Positions 46,876-56,963 of a stretch of DNA of 64,000 nt are shown here, piece by piece (positions within the stretch are counted from its first letter, which is position 1; each line of letters opens with the position of its first letter). This DNA comes from a virus. Below the pieces are notes generated by a model. That model searched no databases. It was given only the letters and a program-made list of their open reading frames with translations, and was not told where the DNA came from. The stretch lies in IMG/VR virus record IMGVR_UViG_3300021977_000001, one strand, 5' to 3'. Position numbers and translations under genes: made by a program.

Positions 46876-47466
46876 ATGGCCTCAGTGACCACCCCCGGTG
46901 GAACCATATTGAAACCGGTCCAGCTGCGACGGTCTATCACCCCCAATGCAGTACCCACGCCAAGTATTGTAGAAGAAGGTGAACTTGCAGCTAACATCAA
47001 AGACCTAATACTTTATACTAAAGATAACGAGGGCAACATCGTTAAGTTAGGTCAGAACTACGATGCCATATTGGCCGCTCACTTTCAAGCAAGGAATCCC
47101 CATGGGACTACCAAGGCTGATGTGGGTTTAAGTAATGTACCTAATGAGAACTTAAAACCTCTGTATTACTACAATTCAGGTTCTCGCACACTTAACACTC
47201 CACGTATCATGACTCGCATGGATTATGCAGCGGCAGCTAACGTTACCTACACGATAGATGCCTCTATGTATGCTGTTGGTGACCAGTTTGAAATTGCCCG
47301 TTTAGCAGACAGTGCTGGTGAGATAACTATCGCATTGAACGCAGGCGATTGGCTAATAGACGGAGCACGTAGCGCCACCGACCTACGCATTAATGAGCAG
47401 ACGTTCATGGCCATTCTAACAAAAGCACAATCTGACCTATGGACTGTTAAAGTTCAATATGTCTAA
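46876..47466 (+). CDS. short tail fibre/adaptor protein (196 aa)
   Basis: VQLRRS..VP..EEGELAANIKDLILYTKD (Mtd_N/hyaluronidase-like N-terminus) and NPHGTTKADVGLSNVPN fibre repeat. Confidence 0.65.
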   Translation: MASVTTPGGTILKPVQLRRSITPNAVPTPSIVEEGELAANIKDLILYTKDNEGNIVKLGQNYDAILAAHFQARNPHGTTKADVGLSNVPNENLKPLYYYNSGSRTLNTPRIMTRMDYAAAANVTYTIDASMYAVGDQFEIARLADSAGEITIALNAGDWLIDGARSATDLRINEQTFMAILTKAQSDLWTVKVQYV

Positions 47467-47493
47467 CGTTTTATTAATTAGGAGTATCTACTC

Positions 47494-50373
47494 ATGACTA
47501 ACTTAGCCAATCGGCTCCCCGATAGTCAACCGCCTCTGTCGGCTGCTGCCTTTAACGCACGACGTGATATTAACCGTGACAAGTACGCCGCGTCGGGCTA
47601 TATCGAACCTGGAAGACATTACGACGGGGCCTTTGCTGATGACGTATTCGGCCCTGGTGGTATGTGGACATCAAATGCAATTGTGCAAGGTATTCGATTT
47701 GGTCGCAATAGCCGTGACTCTACAGGAACGTCTAACTCTGGCAATCCTATCTTTCATGTTGACGGTTTGGTTATTACAATGGCCGGACTTAACTGGGTAA
47801 ATGAAGAGAATAATCAAATCGATCTTCCCGCCGCCCCTACCGGACAGATAGAAACTACCACGTTAACAACGCGTGATTACGCACAAGGTGACCACGTTGT
47901 AGTTGGCAACGACATTTACGTATGTATACATCCTGATGGGTCTGTTGCAGGCGATGTGTTGTCCGATACTGATCTATTTGAACGTGATGATGTGGTATCG
48001 CGTGAAGACCTAATCGGGTTAGAAGTTTTTCTAGTGCAACTCGGTGATGGAAATGGTGCAGTAGACGCCGTTTACCCGCACGGTAACGTACAGTACACCC
48101 CTACCACCGTCGATGGCCAGTTCTCACTAAGTTCAAACGCCATGCCTCAAAGCTACAGTGCAATGTTTTTAGGCGATACTGATACAGTTGGTCGTGGTCT
48201 TAAGTGGTCTACGCTAACGCCGGAACAGCGTAATCTGTGGGCGCAAAAGGCATCAAACAACATTTATGTTGAAGACGGTAAATATTTCCAATGGCAATAC
48301 CGTGCTCGTGTTTTTAAATCACGCGGCGGCCAGTGGCATGTAGCTACAGCTTGGGACTCTACCTCCTGGGCTATTCGAGATAGACGAAACTCTGATCAAA
48401 GTACGACCAATGGTCGCTATCCAACGCTTCAAGGCTCTGCTTTAACACCAAATCCAGATTCAGTTTCTACGCTTGATGCCGGATATACTGCTAGTTATTT
48501 CTTAACTACTTTAAATAGTGGTTTTCCATTAGAAGTCAATAAAGGCGTTGCCGCAACGGGTCCAAGTAGTAGAAGTTTGTCACGATCTGTTAATGGTATA
48601 GGGTATTTTTTATCACTAGCAAAGATTACACGTCTTAACCAAGGTGGTTATCATCCTGTCTATAATCCAACAGGTACAAAGACGTTCCGTCGTCAAGATA
48701 TCAACGGTGATAACCGCTGGGATAATCTTAACACATTCCAGCCTACTAGTACCGCTGAATGTTTCCAAATTGGTGAGACTGCGCAGTCAGAAGGTATTTA
48801 TATACATTCTGGTCTGTTAGGAAGTGCTAGATCTGGTCATCCTCAAGATTACCGTAGTGATATTGTATACGGTTGGCAGGTAGAAGACCTACGCATGGAT
48901 GCTCATGGGTTTAACATGACACCAGATGAGTTTGCTAATAAACTACTCTATAACAACATGCCTGCGATGGAACCTGCAAAAGTGTTGCGTGTGATGGACA
49001 CTGTTATTGAGGAGATTGTAGACGACTTTAGTTATTATGTCGAAGATAATATCTTAGATGAATGGGGTATTGTAGCGGCGTATCAGGGTGCCGGTTATCT
49101 TTACAATAAAGATAAACAGGAACTTATGCCTATAAGTATCTATCATCACAGCACGGGTCGTATCCTTATCCAACCTTTAAAAGATGAGATACAAGTTGAA
49201 AACATCGGACGATTCTATTCTTCAACTTTATTAAAGTCTGGTGATAGAAAATCATGGACGGTGGGTGACGTTGTTACATTTATAGGTTACAAGGAAACTA
49301 AGTACTACACTGGGATACAGGAGTGTGTCGACGTTATTGCCACACCTGAAAGGCTATTAGAGGCTTTCAGTGAATATGGTGTTGACCGTATGGTTAACGC
49401 TCTATGGACACCGGCTGAACTTGGCTCTAATCCAGGCGCAGGTGTAGTTGTCAAGGCGCGTCGTAAAGTTGAAAACGCTTATAACGCTTACATTAAATAC
49501 TCGGATAGAATCTCAGTTAAAACGGACTATAACAATGATTTTGAGTTTAATGGCAATGCTGCAAGTCTGATCGAGGATGAAACAGCGTTTGTTATGTTTA
49601 CTTATAACACCCCGTCCGTGGCTTTAACACCATATAACTTCGGTTATCGTTTGTTAGATGGTGAGTTTGGATCAGCGTGGATTACTGACAATAATGCTAG
49701 TGGTGAAGGCGGGACGCTAGCTTACAATCTAATAGGTAAGGTTCCAGTTAATCTTGCATACAACGAAGCTATAGCACTGCAGATCCAAAAAGCAGGCATG
49801 CAGTACAATAGTCTTGATTTTGACTCCGTTGCTACGTCGTCGTATTCTGAAATCGCGCACACCAATATACCTTATATTTTTCTAGACGATGGTGTTAAAT
49901 TTGTACCTTTCTTTTCCATTAGCGAGCCTAGAGGTATTGTTAACGGTCAGGTGATGTTTAAAGAAGTAAGGGCAACTGAGAGTACGCGCGACTATCGTAC
50001 CATAGACGTTAGTAGTGCTGTAGAGGTATCTTTAGTCGCAGGTGAGCGCTTTAAGCTAGTAGGTACCGGTCTGACTAATTTTGACAATCGTTATTTAGTA
50101 GCATTGTCTACCTATACGGCAACATGGTCACCAGGTGCTTTTGAAGGATATTCACTCGACACTGATGACGGTAGGATCTATACTGCCGCCGGTCATATCT
50201 GGAGCGGCGCGCGTCTTGATGCGCTAGCCAACGCAGATAGCGGTACCATTGAACCTAGATCTTGGATGTTTTACGATAAAGATTTAAACCAAAACGATAT
50301 TCGCGTTGGTACAATGATAACCACTAGGCCTTTAGGTTTCTTACCAAAGCGTCAGCGCCGTAACAAAATGTAA
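47494..50373 (+). CDS. large putative receptor-binding/tail fibre protein, paralogue 1 (959 aa)
   Basis: Shares NLANRLP, ASGYIEPGRH, GDHVVVGNDIYVC, FQWQYR, NQGxYHPxYN, SGHP and a terminal PLGFLPK with the next two genes. Confidence 0.65.
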   Translation: MTNLANRLPDSQPPLSAAAFNARRDINRDKYAASGYIEPGRHYDGAFADDVFGPGGMWTSNAIVQGIRFGRNSRDSTGTSNSGNPIFHVDGLVITMAGLNWVNEENNQIDLPAAPTGQIETTTLTTRDYAQGDHVVVGNDIYVCIHPDGSVAGDVLSDTDLFERDDVVSREDLIGLEVFLVQLGDGNGAVDAVYPHGNVQYTPTTVDGQFSLSSNAMPQSYSAMFLGDTDTVGRGLKWSTLTPEQRNLWAQKASNNIYVEDGKYFQWQYRARVFKSRGGQWHVATAWDSTSWAIRDRRNSDQSTTNGRYPTLQGSALTPNPDSVSTLDAGYTASYFLTTLNSGFPLEVNKGVAATGPSSRSLSRSVNGIGYFLSLAKITRLNQGGYHPVYNPTGTKTFRRQDINGDNRWDNLNTFQPTSTAECFQIGETAQSEGIYIHSGLLGSARSGHPQDYRSDIVYGWQVEDLRMDAHGFNMTPDEFANKLLYNNMPAMEPAKVLRVMDTVIEEIVDDFSYYVEDNILDEWGIVAAYQGAGYLYNKDKQELMPISIYHHSTGRILIQPLKDEIQVENIGRFYSSTLLKSGDRKSWTVGDVVTFIGYKETKYYTGIQECVDVIATPERLLEAFSEYGVDRMVNALWTPAELGSNPGAGVVVKARRKVENAYNAYIKYSDRISVKTDYNNDFEFNGNAASLIEDETAFVMFTYNTPSVALTPYNFGYRLLDGEFGSAWITDNNASGEGGTLAYNLIGKVPVNLAYNEAIALQIQKAGMQYNSLDFDSVATSSYSEIAHTNIPYIFLDDGVKFVPFFSISEPRGIVNGQVMFKEVRATESTRDYRTIDVSSAVEVSLVAGERFKLVGTGLTNFDNRYLVALSTYTATWSPGAFEGYSLDTDDGRIYTAAGHIWSGARLDALANADSGTIEPRSWMFYDKDLNQNDIRVGTMITTRPLGFLPKRQRRNKM

Positions 50374-50416
50374 TTAAACTTATAGCCGGGGTTATAACCC
50401 CGGCTAACTTTGGAGT
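50371..50416 (+). repeat. junction cassette 1: TAATTAAACT + 24-bp perfect palindrome + AACTTTGGAGT
   Basis: TAGCCGGGGTTATAACCCCGGCTA at 50383-50406. Confidence 0.9.
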
Positions 50417-50424
50417 ATCTATCC

Positions 50425-53289
50425 ATGGGAAATTTAGCTAACCGAGTTCCAGGAGCGCTCAAGGCGCTGTCTAAAGCTCAGTTTGAAGCAAACAGACAAC
50501 AAACCAGAAGTAACCTTGCGGGTTCGGGCATTGTTGAATACGGTAAACACGACACCCGTAACTATGTGATGGGCGAGGGAATGTTCGCTTTTCAAAACTG
50601 GCCTCTCCATATCACCTTAGGACGCTCACCGTATCAAGATGCGACAGGTGGCACTAGTGATAGCAATTACCCTATATTAAATATAGATGGTATAAATGTT
50701 CATGTTCGCGGTGGTGGTGATACCTCTACCCATGTGGAATATGAGAGGATTAAATTCGATGTGAATGTCGTTAGGTTACCTGACGCGCCAGTTGCACAAA
50801 TTGAAACATCCACCACTACCACTCGTACATACAAGCGCGGTGACCACGTTGTAGTTGGCAACGACATCTACGTGTGTGTCCATCACGATGGTGCGGGCGT
50901 AGGTACGTCGCTGTTAAATGATCTTTATTTTGAAACAAGAGAATTAGTGACCGACGAAACGCTAGTGGGTATTGAAGTGTTCTGTGTGGAGTTAGGTGAA
51001 AGTGTGGACGCCGTATACCCTTATGGTAATGTTCAATGTCAGGAAACTGACTGGAATGGTTTCACATTAGATTCTACAGTCATGCCAGATCGCTATAGTG
51101 AGCTAGGTGAGTGGGATACAGAACCCTACACTTGGAACGATAAGACACAAATCTACGGCTATGGAAGACGCTGGAGTACTATGTCTGCGGCTGAGCGTAA
51201 TATATGGTTATCTGAACAAGGTAATAATATCTACGAAGAAGACGGCAAGTTTTTCCAATGGCAATACCGTTTGAAAGTAACACGCGGAAACGGTGAGGCT
51301 TGGGCGGCACCTAGACCCAACATACTTACAAATTCTGCAATTAGAACCTCAACGGGTAGAACTGCAAGCGCTAACGGAATGCTACGCGTTAGAGGCAAGC
51401 GCGATAACGAATTTAAAGACGTTGGTCCAGACAATGGTGCTATTTTACTTACCCATGGCCATGCTGATAGACCTGTTGAGGTGGATCCAGGCGTTGGCGC
51501 TACACGAAAAGGTATTTCAGCCGTAACTGACTATATATCAGATTCAGGCATCGCATACTACTTGCCAATTGCGACAGTGACAAGATATAATCAGGGCGCT
51601 TATCACCCTGTTTATAATCCAATGGGTACTACCACCTTCAGACGTCTGGATATCGACGGTAATAACGCGTGGCATTTTAGCCAAGTCTACAAACCTCAAA
51701 GCGTAGCTGATTGTTTTAGATTTACTGAAGAAGCTCAATCAGAAGGCGCGTTCCCATATGCCGGATACTACGCCTCGGGTAGATCAGGCCACCCTATGGG
51801 TTACATGCATGATGTAATTTACACGCATCTTGTAAATGACTTGCGTAATAGCGCCCACGGTGTTAATCTAAGTGCTGAAGATGCCGCTTATAATCTGACG
51901 TTTGGTTTAACACCAGGCTGGGAGCCAATTAAAAAGACGTACTTCCATCGCAGTACGCTTAGTGCAGTTTCGTCAAATCAAGTAACGCTGGCGTCGATGC
52001 CTGATGCAAGACACTCTGGTGGTTATTTATTTAACGTCACTAAAAATCTAGTTACCGGCTGTATGCGTTTCTCGGCAGATGCAGAAAACTTAGATATTCT
52101 TTCTAACGATGTAAATCCAAAGGCAATGCCGCCAGGTACCATTACTGGCTCAGCCGGAGGCACGTTAGAGGGTAACTGGGAAGTGGGTGATACGGTAATC
52201 TACATTACCTACGAATACGCTAACGTGTATATGAGAGAACACATCGCCACCGACGTAATAGGCTCTCCTGATAACATTTTAAACTGGTTACAGGCGCACG
52301 ACACTAATGTAGTATACGGGTTGGATTGGATGCCCGAGATCCCTGACGGAACGGTTAAATCCTTTAAGGCCACACGTCGTGCTATCGAAGTAGCTGATCA
52401 ATCACTTACTAGTAACGATGTAGGTGATAACTGGATAGCAGACACGTCTTTTATTGATAACTTCCTACTCCCTACCAACGCAAATGTACGAGAGATGTAT
52501 CTTAATCAGATACAGTTAATTCAGTACGTGTATCGTTCGGGGGTGATGGGTTTGAACGCACGCTTGCCTTATATTAATGGTACATTTAGTAGCGTATGGG
52601 CGTCTACGTCGTCGGATGACCATAAAGGTGGCTTGATGGCAACTACGTTATTAGGTGATGTTCCAGAAGGTAACGGTGCTAGCGCCCTGCGTTATGCTAT
52701 TGAACGCCATGGTCTTAAGAACCTAGGTGGTGTTTTCTACCACGACTCAAGTCAGTTACAACGCATTGCCCACGCTGAGATAGACAATTTGGACGCCTCG
52801 CACGGTATCAAGTACCTTATATCCTTAGGGTATAATGACGATACTGGGATGGTTTATTCTCAAGTGCATTATAAGAAGTTGTTCCACCAAGCTGATACAA
52901 TTCCTGTTAACGATATAGATCTTTCAACAAACCCAACTGTAAATATCGAGTTAGGTAAACGCTATCGTTTGCTCAATACACGCAATTCAGATATTGAGGG
53001 TGTTGTGTTATCTGCGATGAGAGATTTTACAGGGACGTGGTCAAATGCCACATTCGATGACCATAGGCTTAACTATGATGATGGTCGTATTTACCGTGAA
53101 AATGGTTCCTTTATGACTATATTTGAATTAGCACCTATAGGTCAATTCGGCGATGATGGTGAGTTCTACAGCCCTGTTGAAGTAACAGGTATAGCGGCCT
53201 ATGATGATTTAAATGGTCGCCGTTGCATATCTGGTAGCATGCTAAGTAGAAACCCGCTTGGGTTCCTTCCGAAAGACGGCCGTCGTTAA
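50425..53289 (+). CDS. large putative receptor-binding/tail fibre protein, paralogue 2 (~954 aa; start ATG 50425)
   Basis: GGAG RBS before ATG 50425; same motif set as paralogues 1 and 3. Confidence 0.65.
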   Translation: MGNLANRVPGALKALSKAQFEANRQQTRSNLAGSGIVEYGKHDTRNYVMGEGMFAFQNWPLHITLGRSPYQDATGGTSDSNYPILNIDGINVHVRGGGDTSTHVEYERIKFDVNVVRLPDAPVAQIETSTTTTRTYKRGDHVVVGNDIYVCVHHDGAGVGTSLLNDLYFETRELVTDETLVGIEVFCVELGESVDAVYPYGNVQCQETDWNGFTLDSTVMPDRYSELGEWDTEPYTWNDKTQIYGYGRRWSTMSAAERNIWLSEQGNNIYEEDGKFFQWQYRLKVTRGNGEAWAAPRPNILTNSAIRTSTGRTASANGMLRVRGKRDNEFKDVGPDNGAILLTHGHADRPVEVDPGVGATRKGISAVTDYISDSGIAYYLPIATVTRYNQGAYHPVYNPMGTTTFRRLDIDGNNAWHFSQVYKPQSVADCFRFTEEAQSEGAFPYAGYYASGRSGHPMGYMHDVIYTHLVNDLRNSAHGVNLSAEDAAYNLTFGLTPGWEPIKKTYFHRSTLSAVSSNQVTLASMPDARHSGGYLFNVTKNLVTGCMRFSADAENLDILSNDVNPKAMPPGTITGSAGGTLEGNWEVGDTVIYITYEYANVYMREHIATDVIGSPDNILNWLQAHDTNVVYGLDWMPEIPDGTVKSFKATRRAIEVADQSLTSNDVGDNWIADTSFIDNFLLPTNANVREMYLNQIQLIQYVYRSGVMGLNARLPYINGTFSSVWASTSSDDHKGGLMATTLLGDVPEGNGASALRYAIERHGLKNLGGVFYHDSSQLQRIAHAEIDNLDASHGIKYLISLGYNDDTGMVYSQVHYKKLFHQADTIPVNDIDLSTNPTVNIELGKRYRLLNTRNSDIEGVVLSAMRDFTGTWSNATFDDHRLNYDDGRIYRENGSFMTIFELAPIGQFGDDGEFYSPVEVTGIAAYDDLNGRRCISGSMLSRNPLGFLPKDGRR

Positions 53290-53330
53290 TTAAACTAAAG
53301 GGGCTGGATATCCAGCCCCTAACTTGGAGT
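53287..53330 (+). repeat. junction cassette 2: TAATTAAACT + 22-bp perfect palindrome + AACTTGGAGT
   Basis: AGGGGCTGGATATCCAGCCCCT at 53299-53320. Confidence 0.9.
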
Positions 53331-53337
53331 AAAGTTC

Positions 53338-56184
53338 ATGACTCAATTAAGTAACCTTCTTCCTGATGCAGGACGGGGTATGACAATTGCTGAGTTTGAA
53401 GCTCTGCGTGAGCAACGTAGAAGTACGTTTGCATGTTCTGGTTATATTGAACCAGGCAGGCATTATGTAGATGCGTCTAACGTTGTAGTAAATCAAGGTA
53501 TCTGGTGTACTATAAACGGCGGCGTGCCTAATGGGTTTAGAATGGGACGTGGGTCGGGCGATTCAACACAACACGGCGAGAGCGATACTAGTTACCCTAT
53601 CTATAATGTTGATGGTCTGCGTATCACACAGGCCTTAGTTGGCGCTAGTAACCGCAACACCATTGTATTACCACCAGCCCCTACGGCGGAAGTAGAGACT
53701 TCTACTACAACAACTAAAGACTATGATGTTGGCGATCACGTAGTGGTTGGTAATGATATCTACATATGTGTCTTAGACGCGCCTTCAGGGATGCTGCTAA
53801 CCGACGTTACGTATTTTAAACCCGTAGACATGGTCTCGCGTGAAGACCTTGTGGGGATGGAGGTCTTCCTTGTCGAAATAGGTGACGAGGGCGAGCAGGT
53901 TCCTGCAGTCTATCCGCTAGGTAATGTTCAATATGACGGTAATAGTACTGGGTCTAAAAACTACACTGATGGGGTAATGCCACAGAGCTATAGTGCATTT
54001 GGTACGTGGGATACGGTTACATGGGGGCGTGGTTTTACTTGGGCATTGATGTCCGAGGAAGAGAAAGATTCGTTCTTGAACAATCCTAATAACAACATAT
54101 ATCGTGATGGCGATCGCGTATTCCAATGGCAGTATCGATTTAGATCTATATCTTCGGTCGGAGACGACTGGCGTTATAATAGCGGATTTGACGATTACGC
54201 AAATAATATCATTCGTAATCGCGGTGTTAAAGTACCGATTAGATTAACCGCCCAAGGTTCTAATCCAATACCGTTAAACTATAACAGCGGACGTTATTTC
54301 TATCAGATCAACGCTAATGATAGAGCACCTGGTGTGGATGGCGGAATAGCTATAACTAACCCAGAACAGACTAGTAACCGTGCGATAGGTCCAATTTACT
54401 GGATGGGCATTGCTCGCGTTACAAGAATGAACCAAGGTGCTTATCATCCGTTCTATAACGCTATGGGAACGCTGCTTCATGCACAGACTAATAGCGGCGG
54501 TTCTACATGGGATTCAACGGCCACGGCTAAACTAGCAACTAGCGTTGCTGATTGCTTTTTAGGTTTTGAGCATGGCGGTTCAAGAATACGTAGTAAATAC
54601 GGCGGTAACATTCAATACGGCGCAAGTGGTCACCCCCAGCAATATACCTACGACGGTGTTTACGATTGGCAAATGCAAGATCTACGTATCTCAGCACATG
54701 GTGTTGATGTAGACGCTAATGCGTTTGGCATTGATGTCATGGGTGGTCGTCATCGTGGATGGGAGCGCATTAAAGGACTAGCATTTGTCAGAACCACGCT
54801 TACTAGTAGCGATATCGTTCAAGGGGAGTTCACAGCACCTCCCGCAGGCAAGATTACCAAGGAAGATGGTCAGACGGTCAAACAAGGTGGGTGTTGGGTT
54901 TATAACGTAAATAAAAATCAATACGTACCGGCTGTTAAGATCAACCGCGATGATCGTGATGATTATTATTATTACCTGCCGTCTTATGTAAGTCCTACTC
55001 TATTTGAAGGTAGTGCGTTTACTAACAGTTCTAGATCAGTATTTTCAGAAAAGGGAACTCGGGTCTATGAAGGTTGGGATGTAGGCGATGATTTAATTAT
55101 CATGATGCCTATACAGACGCCTTATTCATTAGAGCAGTTACCGGTTACTGAAGTGTTTGCTAATCCAGCAAATCTTGCGGATATGGTAGATCGCTATGGT
55201 GTAGATTACGTGCCGGGTTTAATATGGTCGCCGGTAATCCCCGATGACACATCTAAAACACAGCCGCTTACTCGCCGTGTTATTAAGAGAAACAATCACT
55301 TATCAACCTCTCAGGATTTAGGTGACTCTTGGGTTAATAACAACACGTATACTGCTAGCTTTAATGCAAACGATAATGCAGGTTCGGTTATCATGCCTGC
55401 GTCTACCGTTATGTTGATGGAGTATACTTACGGGTCCAGCGTAATGGAGCCTATGTCTTTTGCAGAGCGTCGTGTATTGGCCAGTGCTGATTTGGGTCAT
55501 GTGTTCGTACTACGTGCCGATGAGAAAAGCACGTTGATACCTACACTTATCGGTAAGATCGGACCTTACAACAGTACTGTTATATATAGCAAACACGCGC
55601 TAGAGCGTGCTATCATGACGTATAACGAAGATGAAGGTTCTGCCTTTGAAACATCTTGGTCTAACGATGTAATACGTCATAGTAACGTCACGATGAAGAC
55701 GTTTGGTGATTGTGTTAAATTCTTACCATTTCTAAGTGAGGATTTGGTTGAAGGCATAGCCTATGGTAGCTTGACTTTCCGCGAGTTAAAGTATGATGAC
55801 GATCCAAAATCGATTACCGAAATTGATCTATCCACATCAGTTACCCACGGTCTTGGTATTAACGATCGTTTTATACTTAAGAACTGCCCTAACCCAGTTA
55901 TGAATGGTATTGTGTTTGTTACTCGAGGCGCGCCGGTTCCTACTTGGAACCCTACGGATTTTGATGGCTATAGTGTCAACTACGAAGATGGGTCAGTGTA
56001 TAATAATGTTGGCATTTTACATTCAACATTCCAAGTAGATCCGACCAACGATGTAGGTGATGATAACGCCATGCAGTATTATCCACACATCACTTTCATG
56101 ACTAACTTAAACGACTATCGAGTCGCCCGTGGTCTGTCTCGCACACATAGACCGCTAGGATTCTTACCTAAGGAGAAACGCTAA
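53338..56184 (+). CDS. large putative receptor-binding/tail fibre protein, paralogue 3 (948 aa)
   Basis: Same motif set; TAATG-coupled to the chaperone-like gene. Confidence 0.65.
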   Translation: MTQLSNLLPDAGRGMTIAEFEALREQRRSTFACSGYIEPGRHYVDASNVVVNQGIWCTINGGVPNGFRMGRGSGDSTQHGESDTSYPIYNVDGLRITQALVGASNRNTIVLPPAPTAEVETSTTTTKDYDVGDHVVVGNDIYICVLDAPSGMLLTDVTYFKPVDMVSREDLVGMEVFLVEIGDEGEQVPAVYPLGNVQYDGNSTGSKNYTDGVMPQSYSAFGTWDTVTWGRGFTWALMSEEEKDSFLNNPNNNIYRDGDRVFQWQYRFRSISSVGDDWRYNSGFDDYANNIIRNRGVKVPIRLTAQGSNPIPLNYNSGRYFYQINANDRAPGVDGGIAITNPEQTSNRAIGPIYWMGIARVTRMNQGAYHPFYNAMGTLLHAQTNSGGSTWDSTATAKLATSVADCFLGFEHGGSRIRSKYGGNIQYGASGHPQQYTYDGVYDWQMQDLRISAHGVDVDANAFGIDVMGGRHRGWERIKGLAFVRTTLTSSDIVQGEFTAPPAGKITKEDGQTVKQGGCWVYNVNKNQYVPAVKINRDDRDDYYYYLPSYVSPTLFEGSAFTNSSRSVFSEKGTRVYEGWDVGDDLIIMMPIQTPYSLEQLPVTEVFANPANLADMVDRYGVDYVPGLIWSPVIPDDTSKTQPLTRRVIKRNNHLSTSQDLGDSWVNNNTYTASFNANDNAGSVIMPASTVMLMEYTYGSSVMEPMSFAERRVLASADLGHVFVLRADEKSTLIPTLIGKIGPYNSTVIYSKHALERAIMTYNEDEGSAFETSWSNDVIRHSNVTMKTFGDCVKFLPFLSEDLVEGIAYGSLTFRELKYDDDPKSITEIDLSTSVTHGLGINDRFILKNCPNPVMNGIVFVTRGAPVPTWNPTDFDGYSVNYEDGSVYNNVGILHSTFQVDPTNDVGDDNAMQYYPHITFMTNLNDYRVARGLSRTHRPLGFLPKEKR

Positions 56185-56837
56185 TGTCGCGTCCTACTAA
56201 ACCTGATCTGAGTCAATGGATCATAACACCTGAATCAACCGACGATGAAGGTGTTATTACAGAAGCTACCTACGACTTAAGTCATTTAACGTACGATATC
56301 AATTACTTGTATCGTCTAATGGCTAACAACGTAGCACCATCTCGCCTTGAAGCTGCCTTTAATCAGTTTAAAGAGTTCTTAAAAGAAACGTGGGTTAACC
56401 AAGTTATTGCCACGGATAAAAAGAACGCTGAGATTGAAGCGTACAACAAAGAAGCCTCTGCGTATAACGACACGTTAACGTCAGATCAAGAAGACTTCAA
56501 ACAACCACTAAAGGACTACATCCCTTTCACTGCGATGCCGCAGCCTGGTGAGTTTGAAGACTACTTTACCGGCGATACCAAATACGCTACCTGGCGCAAG
56601 CTTAATGCGTTTGAGTTCAACGGTACCGTGTGTAGCGTAACGGAAAACGACCAGAACGGCTGGACGTCGATCGATCGTCTTATCGAGAAGCGCGAAGCGG
56701 CAGGTGCTGAATGGCAACCAATTCCGTTTAAGAACGAGAACGGTAACACCGTAGTTCTTGCAACGAAAGAAGAATGGGAAACCTTCTACTTCACTGCATG
56801 GGATAAACGTGTTGAGTTCTTCGGTGTAAGCGTATAG
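56184..56837 (+). CDS. tail fibre assembly chaperone-like protein (DUF4376-like C-terminus), 217 aa
   Basis: C-terminal FEFNGTVCSVTENDQNG..PFKNENGNTVVL..EEWETF; position after the fibre genes. Confidence 0.6.
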   Translation: MSRPTKPDLSQWIITPESTDDEGVITEATYDLSHLTYDINYLYRLMANNVAPSRLEAAFNQFKEFLKETWVNQVIATDKKNAEIEAYNKEASAYNDTLTSDQEDFKQPLKDYIPFTAMPQPGEFEDYFTGDTKYATWRKLNAFEFNGTVCSVTENDQNGWTSIDRLIEKREAAGAEWQPIPFKNENGNTVVLATKEEWETFYFTAWDKRVEFFGVSV

Positions 56838-56850
56838 ATCGACGCATTTA

Positions 56851-56881
56851 AGAGGTAGGGTAAAACTCTACCTCTCTTTTT
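56851..56881 (+). terminator. Intrinsic terminator
   Basis: AGAGGTAG..CTACCTCT followed by CTTTTT. Confidence 0.75.
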
Positions 56882-56963
56882 ACTACGATACTATGATGCG
56901 ATCACTATCGTGCTTTTTTATTTAACGGGACAACCCCAAACCCCTTACTAGGAGTTTCACCTT

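Noticed and set aside
50371-53330. Integron attC-like cassette sites
   Set aside because: The palindromes are perfect, with no extrahelical bases and no RYYYAAC/GTTRRRY boxes, and no integrase is present in the window
47494-56184. Diversity-generating retroelement acting on the fibre paralogues
   Set aside because: No reverse transcriptase in the window and no TR/VR pair differing only at adenines was seen
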